DNA of 64,000 nt from Balanoglossus misakiensis (taxonomy: Eukaryota; Animalia; Hemichordata): contig CM082576.2 in NCBI GenBank assembly GCA_040954595.2, forward strand, positions 3,942,760 to 4,006,759, in the 5' to 3' direction. Shown here piece after piece: positions 51,001 through 60,773 of the stretch (positions within the stretch are counted from its first letter, which is position 1; every line of letters begins with the position of its first letter). The position numbers and the translations under genes are program-made. The notes under the pieces were generated by a model. The model was given only the letters and a program-made list of their open reading frames with translations. It made no database searches and had not been told where the DNA came from.

Positions 51001-52650
51001 ATTTACTCTTCAGTTACTGTTGCTGCCATAGAGGACGCTAACGCCCTAGCCGAGTGTTGGCCCGAACTGGGCAATGACTTGTCCTGTAACGCAGCTGTAG
51101 CGGGTCACATGGCTACGTACACGGAGTGTTGCTGTACGGGGGGCGCTGGTTGGGGTTCCTACTGTCGCCTCTGTCCACTGCCAAACTCCAGTAAGTACAG
51201 CATATTCAACCAATCTCGAATTTGACTCTGTTTTGTCAGTCACCGCCTTTCTGATGTTACAAACACTGGTCTGACTTCAAATTAAAGTCTTGGTTCAGAG
51301 CTTTGGTTTCATGTAGACTTTTAATTTTGTCAGGAGAATCCAGCTTCCTGTGCGCGGACTTTAACCAGAAGCAAAGCCTCCGCCAAGGACCGCATGCAGT
51401 AGTGACAGCCGGCGGCCATTCCGGTAACAAATATGGTAAGCAGTGGAATGCTTCTCCATAACCGATGACCGTGACGTCACAACTCTCCCCCCTAAAAAGT
51501 GGCGAACATATTTGACACACAACACTAGTAGGGTGGCAACGAATCTTGAGATGTTCACAATCCCAATAGAACATGACAAGTCCTTTGATTTCAGTAACAC
51601 GTGAATAAATTAATAGTATGCGTCAATGGAAATGAGAAAATGGTGAGCTGGTTACTTGAGCCACATAAATTCGTCGGTGTGTGATTTTAATACCATTTAC
51701 TTTTGTTTTAAAAAGTATTCTTGCTGTCAGTTGTTTTCAAACGTGCTTTGTAGCCTTTTCACCTATCGATAAAGAATATTACCATTTAAATAGATTCGGA
51801 AAGAAGGTCCCAGGTCGCCAAATTGGCAAATTGGCCTGGTGAATTTCTATCCTACAGTCACACTAACTACCAATAAATCCAGTGTCTCTGTGCTTGTCTG
51901 TTTTCGTACCAAAGTTTGTGAATCAATAAACAGTTTCACTAAAATCAACGATATTGTTTTAATCAATCGACTTCAGTTATCACGTCACATATTTCGTTGC
52001 CACATTATCGTCATTTCATTGTCACCAAAAAACAACAAAACATCCATGCAGTGGTTCACCTGGTCTGTAGCATGGTTACCGTTGCCATAGACTCTGTCAC
52101 CTATTTCATTTCATTTTACATCTGTCAACGTCATCAAACCATTTCCCTTTTGTAGATCACGGACTTCAGCTGGATTGTGGATTACAGGGAGATTGTGTTA
52201 ATGGTCGCTGCGTTCGATTGAACGGCGGTTACTCGTGCGACTGCTACCGCGGTTTTCAACTGAATCGATCCGGAAACTCGTGTGTCGGTAATACTTCCAT
52301 TTTGATTCACTTCTGATTTCATTTGATAATCTTTATATCGAATCTTTATTAAATTCACGGCTACTAAGGCAAAAAGAAAGCAGGTTAATTGACGTGTTGG
52401 AGTCCTCATCCACGGTGTGAAAACAATATGGCAAAAGAAAGACAAAAAACTCGTAACGCAGTGACGGTCACCAAGTAACTCTCCATATGTACTTTCCTTC
52501 TATGCAGATATCAACGAATGCCGGTTGCTTGGAAACACCCTGTGCTGGAACGCCAGGTGCATCAACACCGCAGGTTCATATAAATGTGTGTGCTACCCCG
52601 GCTATATTGAAACATTCCGCGACTTTTGCATCAGAAGGCCGCAATATTAG
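41935..52650 (+). CDS. LTBP: Latent TGF-beta binding protein (LTBP), 21 coding exons, about 849 aa
   Basis: join(41935-42038,42736-42806,43279-43404,45541-45705,46058-46117,46266-46391,46665-46823,47535-47603,47899-48024,48501-48626,48856-48987,49313-49435,49681-49806,49956-50111,50212-50289,50428-50553,50770-50892,51014-51190,51334-51435,52156-52287,52508-52650). Domain order is signal peptide, 4-Cys, EGF, hybrid, cbEGF, TB, 5x cbEGF, TB, 2x cbEGF, TB, EGF, cbEGF, stop. The C-terminal TB-cbEGF2-TB-EGF-cbEGF arrangement is the LTBP pattern, not fibrillin. Confidence 0.88.
42736..42806 (+). CDS. LTBP: LTBP exon: 4-Cys (FUN-like) domain [23 protein letters not shown]
   Basis: Fibrillin/LTBP NVCG..CC.GW motif; canonical splice sites. 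Confidence 0.85.
43279..43404 (+). CDS. LTBP: LTBP exon: EGF domain ([27 protein letters not shown])
   Basis: 6-Cys EGF; phase 1/1. Confidence 0.85.
45541..45705 (+). CDS. LTBP: LTBP exon: hybrid domain, N-terminal part (GPCFRVIS...[17 protein letters not shown])
   Basis: Resembles fibrillin/LTBP hybrid-1 domain; phase 1/1. Confidence 0.85.
46058..46117 (+). CDS. LTBP: LTBP exon: hybrid domain, C-terminal part ([19 protein letters not shown])
   Basis: Acceptor ctatag|GA; donor G|GTGAGT. Confidence 0.75.
46266..46391 (+). CDS. LTBP: LTBP exon: cbEGF (DVNEC)
   Basis: cbEGF consensus; phase 1/1. Confidence 0.88.
46665..46823 (+). CDS. LTBP: LTBP exon: TB domain 1 (CYRR...[14 protein letters not shown])
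   Basis: CCC triplet and G.AWG motif. Confidence 0.88.
47535..47603 (+). CDS. LTBP: LTBP exon: TB1 C-terminus ([12 protein letters not shown])
   Basis: TB terminal F..LCP.G.G motif. Confidence 0.82.
47899..48024 (+). CDS. LTBP: LTBP exon: cbEGF (EIDEC)
   Basis: cbEGF consensus; phase 1/1. Confidence 0.88.
48501..48626 (+). CDS. LTBP: LTBP exon: cbEGF (DDNEC)
   Basis: cbEGF consensus; phase 1/1. Confidence 0.88.
48856..48987 (+). CDS. LTBP: LTBP exon: cbEGF (DIDEC)
   Basis: cbEGF consensus; phase 1/1. Confidence 0.86.
49313..49435 (+). CDS. LTBP: LTBP exon: cbEGF ([11 protein letters not shown])
   Basis: cbEGF consensus; phase 1/1. Confidence 0.86.
49681..49806 (+). CDS. LTBP: LTBP exon: cbEGF ([12 protein letters not shown])
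   Basis: cbEGF consensus; phase 1/1. Confidence 0.86.
49956..50111 (+). CDS. LTBP: LTBP exon: TB domain 2, TGF-beta-binding type (CYTNLN...CDN...[20 protein letters not shown])
   Basis: Closely resembles the LTBP1 third 8-Cys domain, including the two-residue insertion. Confidence 0.9.
50212..50289 (+). CDS. LTBP: LTBP exon: TB2 C-terminus ([11 protein letters not shown])
   Basis: Canonical splice sites; TB terminal motif. Confidence 0.82.
50428..50553 (+). CDS. LTBP: LTBP exon: cbEGF (DIDECALF)
   Basis: cbEGF consensus; phase 1/1. Confidence 0.86.
50709..50764 (+). repeat. (TCTG)n microsatellite, intronic
   Basis: Directly visible; ends just before the acceptor AG at 50768-50769. Confidence 0.9.
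50770..50892 (+). CDS. LTBP: LTBP exon: cbEGF (DVNECLRE)
   Basis: cbEGF consensus; phase 1/1. Confidence 0.86.
51014..51190 (+). CDS. LTBP: LTBP exon: TB domain 3 (CWPEL...TYTECCC...WG)
   Basis: TYTECCC is typical of the last LTBP TB domain. An alternative in-frame acceptor lies at 51031/51032. Confidence 0.86.
51334..51435 (+). CDS. LTBP: LTBP exon: TB3 C-terminus plus linker
   Basis: Acceptor ttgtcag|GA; supplies the 8th Cys (FLC); donor G|GTAAGC. Confidence 0.7.
52156..52287 (+). CDS. LTBP: LTBP exon: non-calcium EGF ([23 protein letters not shown])
   Basis: Resembles the penultimate LTBP EGF (NGRCVR...Y.CDC). Confidence 0.88.
52508..52650 (+). CDS. LTBP: LTBP terminal exon: cbEGF (DINEC...FCIRRPQY*)
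   Basis: cbEGF followed by TAG at 52648-52650. Confidence 0.88.
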
Positions 52651-52729
52651 CCCCAACTGGCGCCGGTGTTATGGGCGTAACGTACGCGCTCCTGGTCTGG
52701 GTGTCGGCGCGCTGATGTTCACTGATGTA

Positions 52730-52735
52730 AATAAA
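52730..52735 (+). promoter_or_regulatory. Candidate polyadenylation signal (AATAAA) for LTBP
   Basis: AATAAA 80 nt after the stop codon. An ATTAAA also occurs at 53028-53033. Confidence 0.4.
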
Positions 52736-53624
52736 GTTTTGATCCAAAGGATGCACGTTTTTGTTTGAAGACCGGGTCTGATAAAACAGAAGCATTACGC
52801 CAAGGGAAGATGCAGCGCCACCAGCGGTGTACATGTGATTGCCAACTGCAACCGTTGTGCATGGGTGTTGTACTGTACAGATAAATAGAACACTTTTGCA
52901 TATGTGTACCACAAGTTTGCCAGATTTTCAACCATTTTGTCATCGCACTTTTAAAGTCCCGATGAATTATAGTTTTAAGCAAGGTGTAGTAATTTTCTAT
53001 TGTTTATGTGTTTTTTGTGTTTGCATCATTAAAATATCTTGTAAATTGTCGGTAACCTAGAATTTTCTCTCGGTACAGCTAACACGCCCGCGCACGCGTC
53101 CAGAAGCCTTCTGCCACGCCATCCACGCCACGTGTCCACAGGGGTACCGGTATCTTTTGGGCATATTTTGATCAACACAGGCAGACGTTAGTAACATTCG
53201 CAGTTCATCGACCTTTACATCAGAAAATATTGTCTTGTGAACGCACTTCTGGAGTGGACTCGGACCATACCACTGCAATTTTTACTTTAAAAATATTCCA
53301 TTCCAAACGCCGGCTTAGAAACACGTGTCCATTTTTTCGGCAACGCATTAGATATAGTTGCAGATTTGTTTTCACACATATAAGAATTGACCCACCATTA
53401 TTGCTAAACATATCAAGGAAAACAAACACGCCACAACACTTAGAATTCACGTTTGAACCAATTCATTCACAAACTAGCCGTTACAGTAAAACATTAATAA
53501 AAACACCAAGCCGAAATAAATATACACCATCATATAAATTCTCGATATAAAATGGTTATCTAGACGTTTAGCTATGCTTGGATAGTTGCCGTCATCGGTT
53601 GACGATATATTTTATGGCCATCAT

Positions 53625-53786
53625 TCAGTCATCGGTGTTCTTGGAGTTCTTGTCGTCATATTCCTCACACTCTCCGACAACTACGTCCCTTTCTACGTCA
53701 CAGTAGCCCTGGCAACAGTTGCTGTCCTCCGTACATGTCTTTCCAGGCGGTGAACACTGGGAAACTGGCTGTGTATGAGTTTGCTC
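53625..53786 (-). CDS. Knottin gene: mature-peptide exon
   Basis: Six cysteines in ICK spacing, an acidic tail and a TGA stop. Confidence 0.8.
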   Translation of the reverse strand, partial: EQTHTQPVSQCSPPGKTCTEDSNCCQGYCDVERDVVVGECEEYDDKNSKNTDD

Positions 53787-56700
53787 CTGTGCATCAAAGA
53801 AGAGTAGGCGTTCTCATTTGAGGATTGGTTGCTGGGGTCGATTGTGTCTGTTTGTCAAGTTGCACAAATGCGTTACCTGTATCTACTGTGGCTTAGATAT
53901 ATACATTTTCATAAATCCAATTTATTTCAATATCTACGCTGCGTTTTTTATCTGTCGGGTACAAGAAACATGCAGGGAAACTTGTTCATTTTTTGTCGCG
54001 GTTCACTTGGGCAAGTCTGAATACGTAGTGCTCAGGAAAGAGAAGGATAAACTCGCGAAAACCGTGTCTTTCCGTCCGCATGACCAACCAAGGAGCGAAA
54101 AAGTCATTATTTGGGCCGTAATAAAACGTTTTTGTCGCCGAGGAGTGAATAAAGAACGGTCAGATCGTTGCGGTGCAGGGAACTCTTATTTGCACCGCAG
54201 CGGTGTGAACTCTTATTTGCACCGCTGCGGTGCAAATAAGAGTTCGCACCGCTGCGGTGCAAATAAGATCTTGTAGTTATGCTGCAATATAGTGGGGTAA
54301 ATTTCCGACTTTTTCGAGAACACATCGTGATGGCGTAGGGGTCAGGAAGGCCTGGCTTTTACCTCAAGGTGTCAACTGATGTTGGTTCGAGACCACTTTT
54401 TTTCTATTTCTTTTTTTTTTTGTGAGAACTTTTAACGACATTGTCATTGTAATTTTTATCAATTTCATAAATCCAATTTATTTCAATATCTACGCTGCGT
54501 TTTTTATCTGTCGGGTATAAGAAACATGCAGGGAAACTTGGTCATTTTTTGTCGCGGTTCACTTGGGCAAGTCTGAATACGTAGTGCTCAGGAAAGAGAA
54601 AGATAAACTCGCGAAAACCGTGTCTTTCCGTCCGCATGACCAACCAAGGAGCGAAAAAGTCATTATTTGGGCCGTAATAAAACGTTTTTGTCGCCGAGGA
54701 GTGAATAAAGAACGGTCAGATCGTTGCGGTGCAGGGAACTCTTATTTGCACCGCAGCGGTGTGAACTCTTATTTGCACCGCTGCGGTGCAAATAAGAGTT
54801 CGCACCGCTGCGGTGCAAATAAGATCTTGTAGTTATGCTGCAATATAGTGCGGTAAATTTCCGACTTTTTCGAGAACACATCGTGATGGCGTAGGGGTCA
54901 GGAAGGCTTGACTTTTACCTCAAGGTGTCAACTGATGTTGGTTCGAGACCACTTTTTTTCTATTCCTTTTTTTTGTGAGAACTTTTAACGACATTGTCAT
55001 TGTAATTTTTATCATTTTCATAAATCCAATTTATTTCAATATATACGCTGCGTTTTTTATCTGTCGGGTATAAGAAACATGCAGGGAAACTTGTTCATTT
55101 TTTGTCGCGGTTCACTTGGGCAAGTCTGAATACGTAGTGCTCAGGAAAGAGAAAGATAAACTCGCGTAAACCATGTCTTTCCGTCCGCATGACCAACCAA
55201 GGAGCGAAAAAGTCATTATTTGGGCCGTAATAAAACGTTTTTGTCGCCGAGGAGTGAATAAAGAACGGTCAGATCGTTGCGGTGCAGGGAACTCTTATTT
55301 GCACCGCAGCGGTGTGAACTCTTATTTGCACCGCTGCGGTGCAAATAAGAGTTCGCACCGCTGCGGTGCAAATAAGATCTTGTAGTTATGCTGCAATATA
55401 GTGCGGTAAATTTCCGACTTTTTCGAGAACACATCGTGATGGCGAAGGGGTCAGGAAGGCTTGACTTTTACCTCAAGGTGTCAACTGATGTTGGTTCGAG
55501 ACCACTTTTTTTCTATTTCTTTTTTTTTTGTGAGAACTTTTAACGACATTGTCATTGTAATTTTTATCAATTTCATAAATCCAATTTATTTCAATATCTA
55601 CGCTGCGTTTTTTATCTGTCGGGTATAAGAAACATGCAGGGAAACTTGGTCATTTTTTTGTCGCGGTTCACTTGGGCAAATCTGAATACGTAGTGCTCAG
55701 GAAAGAGAAAGATAAACTCGCGTAAACCGTGTCTTTCCGTCCGCATGACCAACCAAGGAGCGAAAAAGTCATTATTTGGGCCGTAATAAAACGATTTTGT
55801 CGCCGAGGAGTGAATAAAGAACGGTCAGATCGTTGCGGTGCAGGGAACTCTTATTTGCACCGCAGCGGTGTGAACTCTTATTTGCACCGCTGCGGTGCAA
55901 ATAAGAGTTCGCACCGCTGCGGTGCAAATAAGATCTTGTAGTTATGCTGCAATATAGTGCGGTAAATTTCCGACTTTTTCGAGAACACATCGTGATGGCG
56001 AAGGGGTCAGGAAGGCTTGACTTTTTACCTCAAGGTGTCAACTGATGTTGGTTCGAGACCACTTTTTTTCTATTTCTTTTTTTTTTGTGAGAACTTTTAA
56101 CGACATTGTCATTGTAATTTTTATCAATTTCATAAATCCAATTTATTTCAATATCTACGCTGCGTTTTTTATCTGTCGGGTATAAGAAACATGCAGGGAA
56201 ACTTGGTCATTTTTTTGTCGCGGTTCACTTGGGCAAGTCTGAATACGTAGTGCTCAGGAAAGAGAAAGATAAACTCGCGAAAACCGTGTCTTTCCGTCCG
56301 CATGACCAACCAAGGAGCGAAAAAGTCATTATTTGGGCCGTAATAAAACGTTTTTGTCGCCGAGGAGTGAATAAAGAACGGTCAGATCGTTGCGGTGCAG
56401 GGAACTCTTATTTGCACCGCAGCGGTGTGAACTCTTATTTGCACCGCTGCGGTGCAAATAAGAGTTCGTACCGCTGCGGTGCAAATAAGATCTTGTAGTT
56501 ATGCTGCAATATAGTGCGGTAAATTTCCGACTTTTTCGAGAACACATCGTGATGGCGAAGGGTTCAGGAAGGCTTGACTTTTACCTCAAGGTGTCAACTG
56601 ATGTTGGTTCGAGACCACTTTTTTTTACTATTTTTTTTTTTTGTGTGAAAACTTTTAACGACATTGTCATTTTATCAATTTCATAAATCCAATTTATTTC

Positions 56701-59700
56701 AATATCTACGCTGCGTTTTTTATCTGTCGGGTATAAGAAACATGCAGGGAAACTTGGTCATTTTTTGTCGCGGTTCACTTGGGCAAGTCTGAATACGTAG
56801 TGCTCAGGAAAGAGAAAGATAAACTCGCGAAAACCGTGTCTTTCCGTCCGCATGACCAACCAAGGAGCGAAAAAGTCATTATTTGGGCCGTAATAAAACG
56901 TTTTTGTCGCCGAGGAGTGAATAAAGAACGGTCAGATCGTTGCGGTGCAGGGAACTCTTATTTGCACCGCAGCGGTGTGAACTCTTATTTGCACCGCTGC
57001 GGTGCAAATAAGAGTTCGCACCGCTGCGGTGCAAATAAGATCTTGTAGTTATGCTGCAATATAGTGCGGTAAATTTCCGACTTTTTCGAGAACACATCGT
57101 GATGGCGTAGGGGTCAGGAAGGCTTGACTTTTACCTCAAGGTGTCAACTGATGTTGGTTCGAGACCACTTTTTTTCTATTCCTTTTTTTTGTGAGAACTT
57201 TTAACGACATTGTCATTGTAATTTTTATCATTTTCATAAATCCAATTTATTTCAATATATACGCTGCGTTTTTTATCTGTCGGGTATAAGAAACATGCAG
57301 GGAAACTTGTTCATTTTTTGTCGCGGTTCACTTGGGCAAGTCTGAATACGTAGTGCTCAGGAAAGAGAAAGATAAACTCGCGTAAACCATGTCTTTCCGT
57401 CCGCATGACCAACCAAGGAGCGAAAAAGTCATTATTTGGGCCGTAATAAAACGTTTTTGTCGCCGAGGAGTGAATAAAGAACGGTCAGATCGTTGCGGTG
57501 CAGGGAACTCTTATTTGCACCGCAGCGGTGTGAACTCTTATTTGCACCGCTGCGGTGCAAATAAGAGTTCGCACCGCTGCGGTGCAAATAAGATCTTGTA
57601 GTTATGCTGCAATATAGTGCGGTAAATTTCCGACTTTTTCGAGAACACATCGTGATGGCGAAGGGGTCAGGAAGGCTTGACTTTTACCTCAAGGTGTCAA
57701 CTGATGTTGGTTCGAGACCACTTTTTTTCTATTTCTTTTTTTTTTGTGAGAACTTTTAACGACATTGTCATTGTAATTTTTATCAATTTCATAAATCCAA
57801 TTTATTTCAATATCTACGCTGCGTTTTTTATCTGTCGGGTATAAGAAACATGCAGGGAAACTTGGTCATTTTTTTGTCGCGGTTCACTTGGGCAAATCTG
57901 AATACGTAGTGCTCAGGAAAGAGAAAGATAAACTCGCGTAAACCGTGTCTTTCCGTCCGCATGACCAACCAAGGAGCGAAAAAGTCATTATTTGGGCCGT
58001 AATAAAACGATTTTGTCGCCGAGGAGTGAATAAAGAACGGTCAGATCGTTGCGGTGCAGGGAACTCTTATTTGCACCGCAGCGGTGTGAACTCTTATTTG
58101 CACCGCTGCGGTGCAAATAAGAGTTCGCACCGCTGCGGTGCAAATAAGATCTTGTAGTTATGCTGCAATATAGTGCGGTAAATTTCCGACTTTTTCGAGA
58201 ACACATCGTGATGGCGAAGGGGTCAGGAAGGCTTGACTTTTTACCTCAAGGTGTCAACTGATGTTGGTTCGAGACCACTTTTTTTCTATTTCTTTTTTTT
58301 TTGTGAGAACTTTTAACGACATTGTCATTGTAATTTTTATCAATTTCATAAATCCAATTTATTTCAATATCTACGCTGCGTTTTTTATCTGTCGGGTATA
58401 AGAAACATGCAGGGAAACTTGGTCATTTTTTTGTCGCGGTTCACTTGGGCAAGTCTGAATACGTAGTGCTCAGGAAAGAGAAAGATAAACTCGCGAAAAC
58501 CGTGTCTTTCCGTCCGCATGACCAACCAAGGAGCGAAAAAGTCATTATTTGGGCCGTAATAAAACGTTTTTGTCGCCGAGGAGTGAATAAAGAACGGTCA
58601 GATCGTTGCGGTGCAGGGAACTCTTATTTGCACCGCAGCGGTGTGAACTCTTATTTGCACCGCTGCGGTGCAAATAAGAGTTCGTACCGCTGCGGTGCAA
58701 ATAAGATCTTGTAGTTATGCTGCAATATAGTGCGGTAAATTTCCGACTTTTTCGAGAACACATCGTGATGGCGAAGGGTTCAGGAAGGCTTGACTTTTAC
58801 CTCAAGGTGTCAACTGATGTTGGTTCGAGACCACTTTTTTTTACTATTTTTTTTTTTTGTGTGAAAACTTTTAACGACATTGTCATTTTATCAATTTCAT
58901 AAATCCAATTTATTTCAATATCTACGCTGCGTTTTTTATATGTCGGGTATAAGAAACATGCAGGGAAACTTGGTCATTTTTTTTGTCGCGGTTCACTTGG
59001 GCAAGTCTGAATACGTAGTGCTCAGGAAAGAGAAAGATAAACTCGCGAAAACCGTGTCTTTCCGTCCGCATGACCAACCAAGGAGCGAAAAAGTCATTAT
59101 TTGGGCCGTAATAAAACGTTTTTGTCGCCGAGGAGTGAATAAAGAACGGTCAGATCGTTGCGGTGCAGGGAACTCTTATTTGCACCGCAGCGGTGTGAAC
59201 TCTTATTTGCACCGCTGCGGTGCAAATAAGAGTTCGCACCGCTGCGGTGCAAATAAGATCTTGTAGTTATGCTGCAATATAGTGCGGTAAATTTCCGACT
59301 TTTTCGAGAACACATCGTGATGGCGAAGGGGTCAGGAAGACTTGACTTTTACCTCAAGGTGTCAACTGATGTTGGTTCGAGACCACTTTTTTTCTATTTC
59401 TTTTTTTTGTGAGAACTTTTAACGACATTGTCATTGTAATTTTTATCATTTTCATAAATCCAATTTATTTCAATATCTACGCTGCGTTTTTTATCTGTCG
59501 GGTATAAGAAACATGCAGGGAAACTTGGTCATTTTTTTGTCGCGGTTCACTTGGGCAAGTCTGAATACGTAGTGCTCAGGAAAGAGAAAGATAAACTCGC
59601 GAAAACCGTGTCTTTCCGTCCGCATGACCAACCAAGGAGCGAAAAAGTCATTATTTGGGCCGTAATAAAACGTTTTTGTCGCCGAGGAGTGAATAAAGAA

Positions 59701-60475
59701 CGGTCAGATCGTTGCGGTGCAGGGAACTCTTATTTGCACCGCAGCGGTGTGAACTCTTATTTGCACCGCTGCGGTGCAAATAAGAGTTCGTACCGCTGCG
59801 GTGCAAATAAGATCTTGTAGTTATGCTGCAATATAGTGCGGTAAATTTCCGACTTTTTCGAGAACACATCGTGATGGCGAAGGGTTCAGGAAGGCTTGAC
59901 TTTTACCTCAAGGTGTCAACTGATGTTGGTTCGAGACCACTTTTTTTTACTATTTTTTTTTTTTTGTGTGAAAACTTTTAACGACATTGTCATTTTATCA
60001 ATTTCATAAATCCAATTTATTTCAATATCTACGCTGCGTTTTTTATATGTCGGGTATAAGAAACATGCAGGGAAACTTGGTCATTTTTTTTGTCGCGGTT
60101 CACTTGGGCAAGTCTGAATACGGAGGGTAAGGTTAGGAATCTAAATTTTTGGCCCAATTTTTGGGGTACCCTCAGCTTACCTTTGAAGTACTTACTGAAG
60201 TTCTTACATAACGTAGAAGTTCACTTCTGGTTGTTGTGTTTGTACTTGTAGGACATCCATTTCGGGTGGTTGCCTACTCCCCCATATCTCCACATCCAGA
60301 GCAAATACAGCCTACGCATTTGAATGGTACAACCCTGAATGGAGTCTTATGGTTATTATCTCTATGCTTGGGCCCCTTCAATGCTGCTTGCAGCTTTAAT
60401 ATTTACATTGTCTTTACTTACCGCCATGACAACCAAAGCAACCAGAGTCACAACCAAGCACAATGTGGGCCTCAT
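53625..60475 (-). CDS. Small secreted inhibitor-cystine-knot (knottin/conotoxin-like) peptide, 71 aa, 2 coding exons
   Basis: complement(join(53625-53786,60422-60475)) = MRPTLCLVVTLVALVVMA|EQTHTQPVSQCSPPGKTCTEDSNCCQGYCDVERDVVVGECEEYDDKNSKNTDD*. Donor GCG|GTAAGT and acceptor cttctttgatgcacag|GAG are both phase 0. Cys pattern C-X6-C-X5-CC-X3-C-X10-C. Confidence 0.78.
54184..54268. repeat. 85-bp near-perfect palindrome (first of 11 copies, one per monomer)
   Basis: 42-bp arms around a single T at 54226, with one mismatch (G:T). Built from about 27-bp subunits with core TGCACCGC(A/T)GCGGTG. Confidence 0.92.
54879..54959 (+). other. tRNA-like / SINE-head-like Pol III cassette in the satellite monomer (copy 2 shown; present in all 11)
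   Basis: A-box-like TGGCGTAGGGG at 54887; anticodon-arm-like CTTGA-cttttacc-TCAAG; B box GGTTCGAGACC at 54940-54950; then a T7 run. There is no acceptor stem, so this is not a functional tRNA. Confidence 0.55.
60422..60475 (-). CDS. Knottin gene: signal-peptide exon
   Basis: MRPTLCLVVTLVALVVMA, preceded by acceptor ttttttcag|CATG (60477/60476) and followed by donor GTAAGT. Confidence 0.75.
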
Positions 60476-60675
60476 GCTGAAAAAATAACAACGAAAATCA
60501 ACATCATCATGATCACCATCACCACCTCCAAACTCCTCCTCCAAGCTTAAATTCAGAAAATATTTCATTGTTCCCTTCGCATTTTTTCCGAAAGCTTCGC
60601 ATTTTTTCCGAAAGCGACTTTTCTTACTACTATATATCAACAGATAACAAGTTTGTGTTCATCCAAAAAACTTAC

Positions 60676-60773
60676 CTACTTAGGAAGACTGACACTGACT
60701 GTGGCTCTCTGAAATGATGTATTCAATGTAAGGACAGGATCTTAATGTGCTCTTGAATGATTGCATATTTATA
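60676..60773 (-). promoter_or_regulatory. Putative TATA box and non-coding first exon of the knottin gene
   Basis: TATAAAT on the minus strand at 60767-60773. Donor TAG|GTAAGT at 60676/60675 would splice through a 199-bp intron to the ATG exon. Confidence 0.5.

Larger units (their letters stand above)
53905..60122. repeat. Satellite-like tandem array: 11 full monomers of 551-557 bp plus a partial copy
   Basis: Monomer starts (cataaatcc) at 53910, 54466, 55019, 55574, 56131, 56682, 57235, 57790, 58347, 58898, 59453 and 60005. Copies are near-identical. Confidence 0.97.

Noticed and set aside
41935-52650. Fibrillin
   Set aside because: The gene is far too short, has only three TB domains, ends in TB-EGF-cbEGF without the fibrillin C-terminal domain, and has an LTBP-type TB2.
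53262-53275. GGACCATACCAC resembling the 5' end of 5S rRNA
   Set aside because: The match is only about 12 nt and the downstream sequence does not continue as 5S.
54879-54959. Functional tRNA-Lys(TTT) gene array
   Set aside because: The anticodon loop is 8 nt, the T stem is imperfect and there is no 3' acceptor strand before the T run. Kept only as a tRNA-like cassette.
53818-59869. Repeated 70-150 aa ORFs (...YLHRCGANKSS...) on both strands
   Set aside because: These are by-products of the satellite and its palindrome. Homopolymer indels shift their starts between copies and they contain no recognisable domain.
53905-60122. CRISPR-like array (palindromic repeats at regular spacing)
   Set aside because: The intervening sequences are near-identical about 470-bp copies, not unique spacers. 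There are no cas genes and the context is a eukaryotic intron.
60180-60334. Possible extra minus-strand exon of the knottin gene with an in-frame TGA (selenocysteine?)
   Set aside because: Its candidate donors are all phase 1 and do not match the phase-0 acceptor of the cysteine exon. No SECIS element was recognised.
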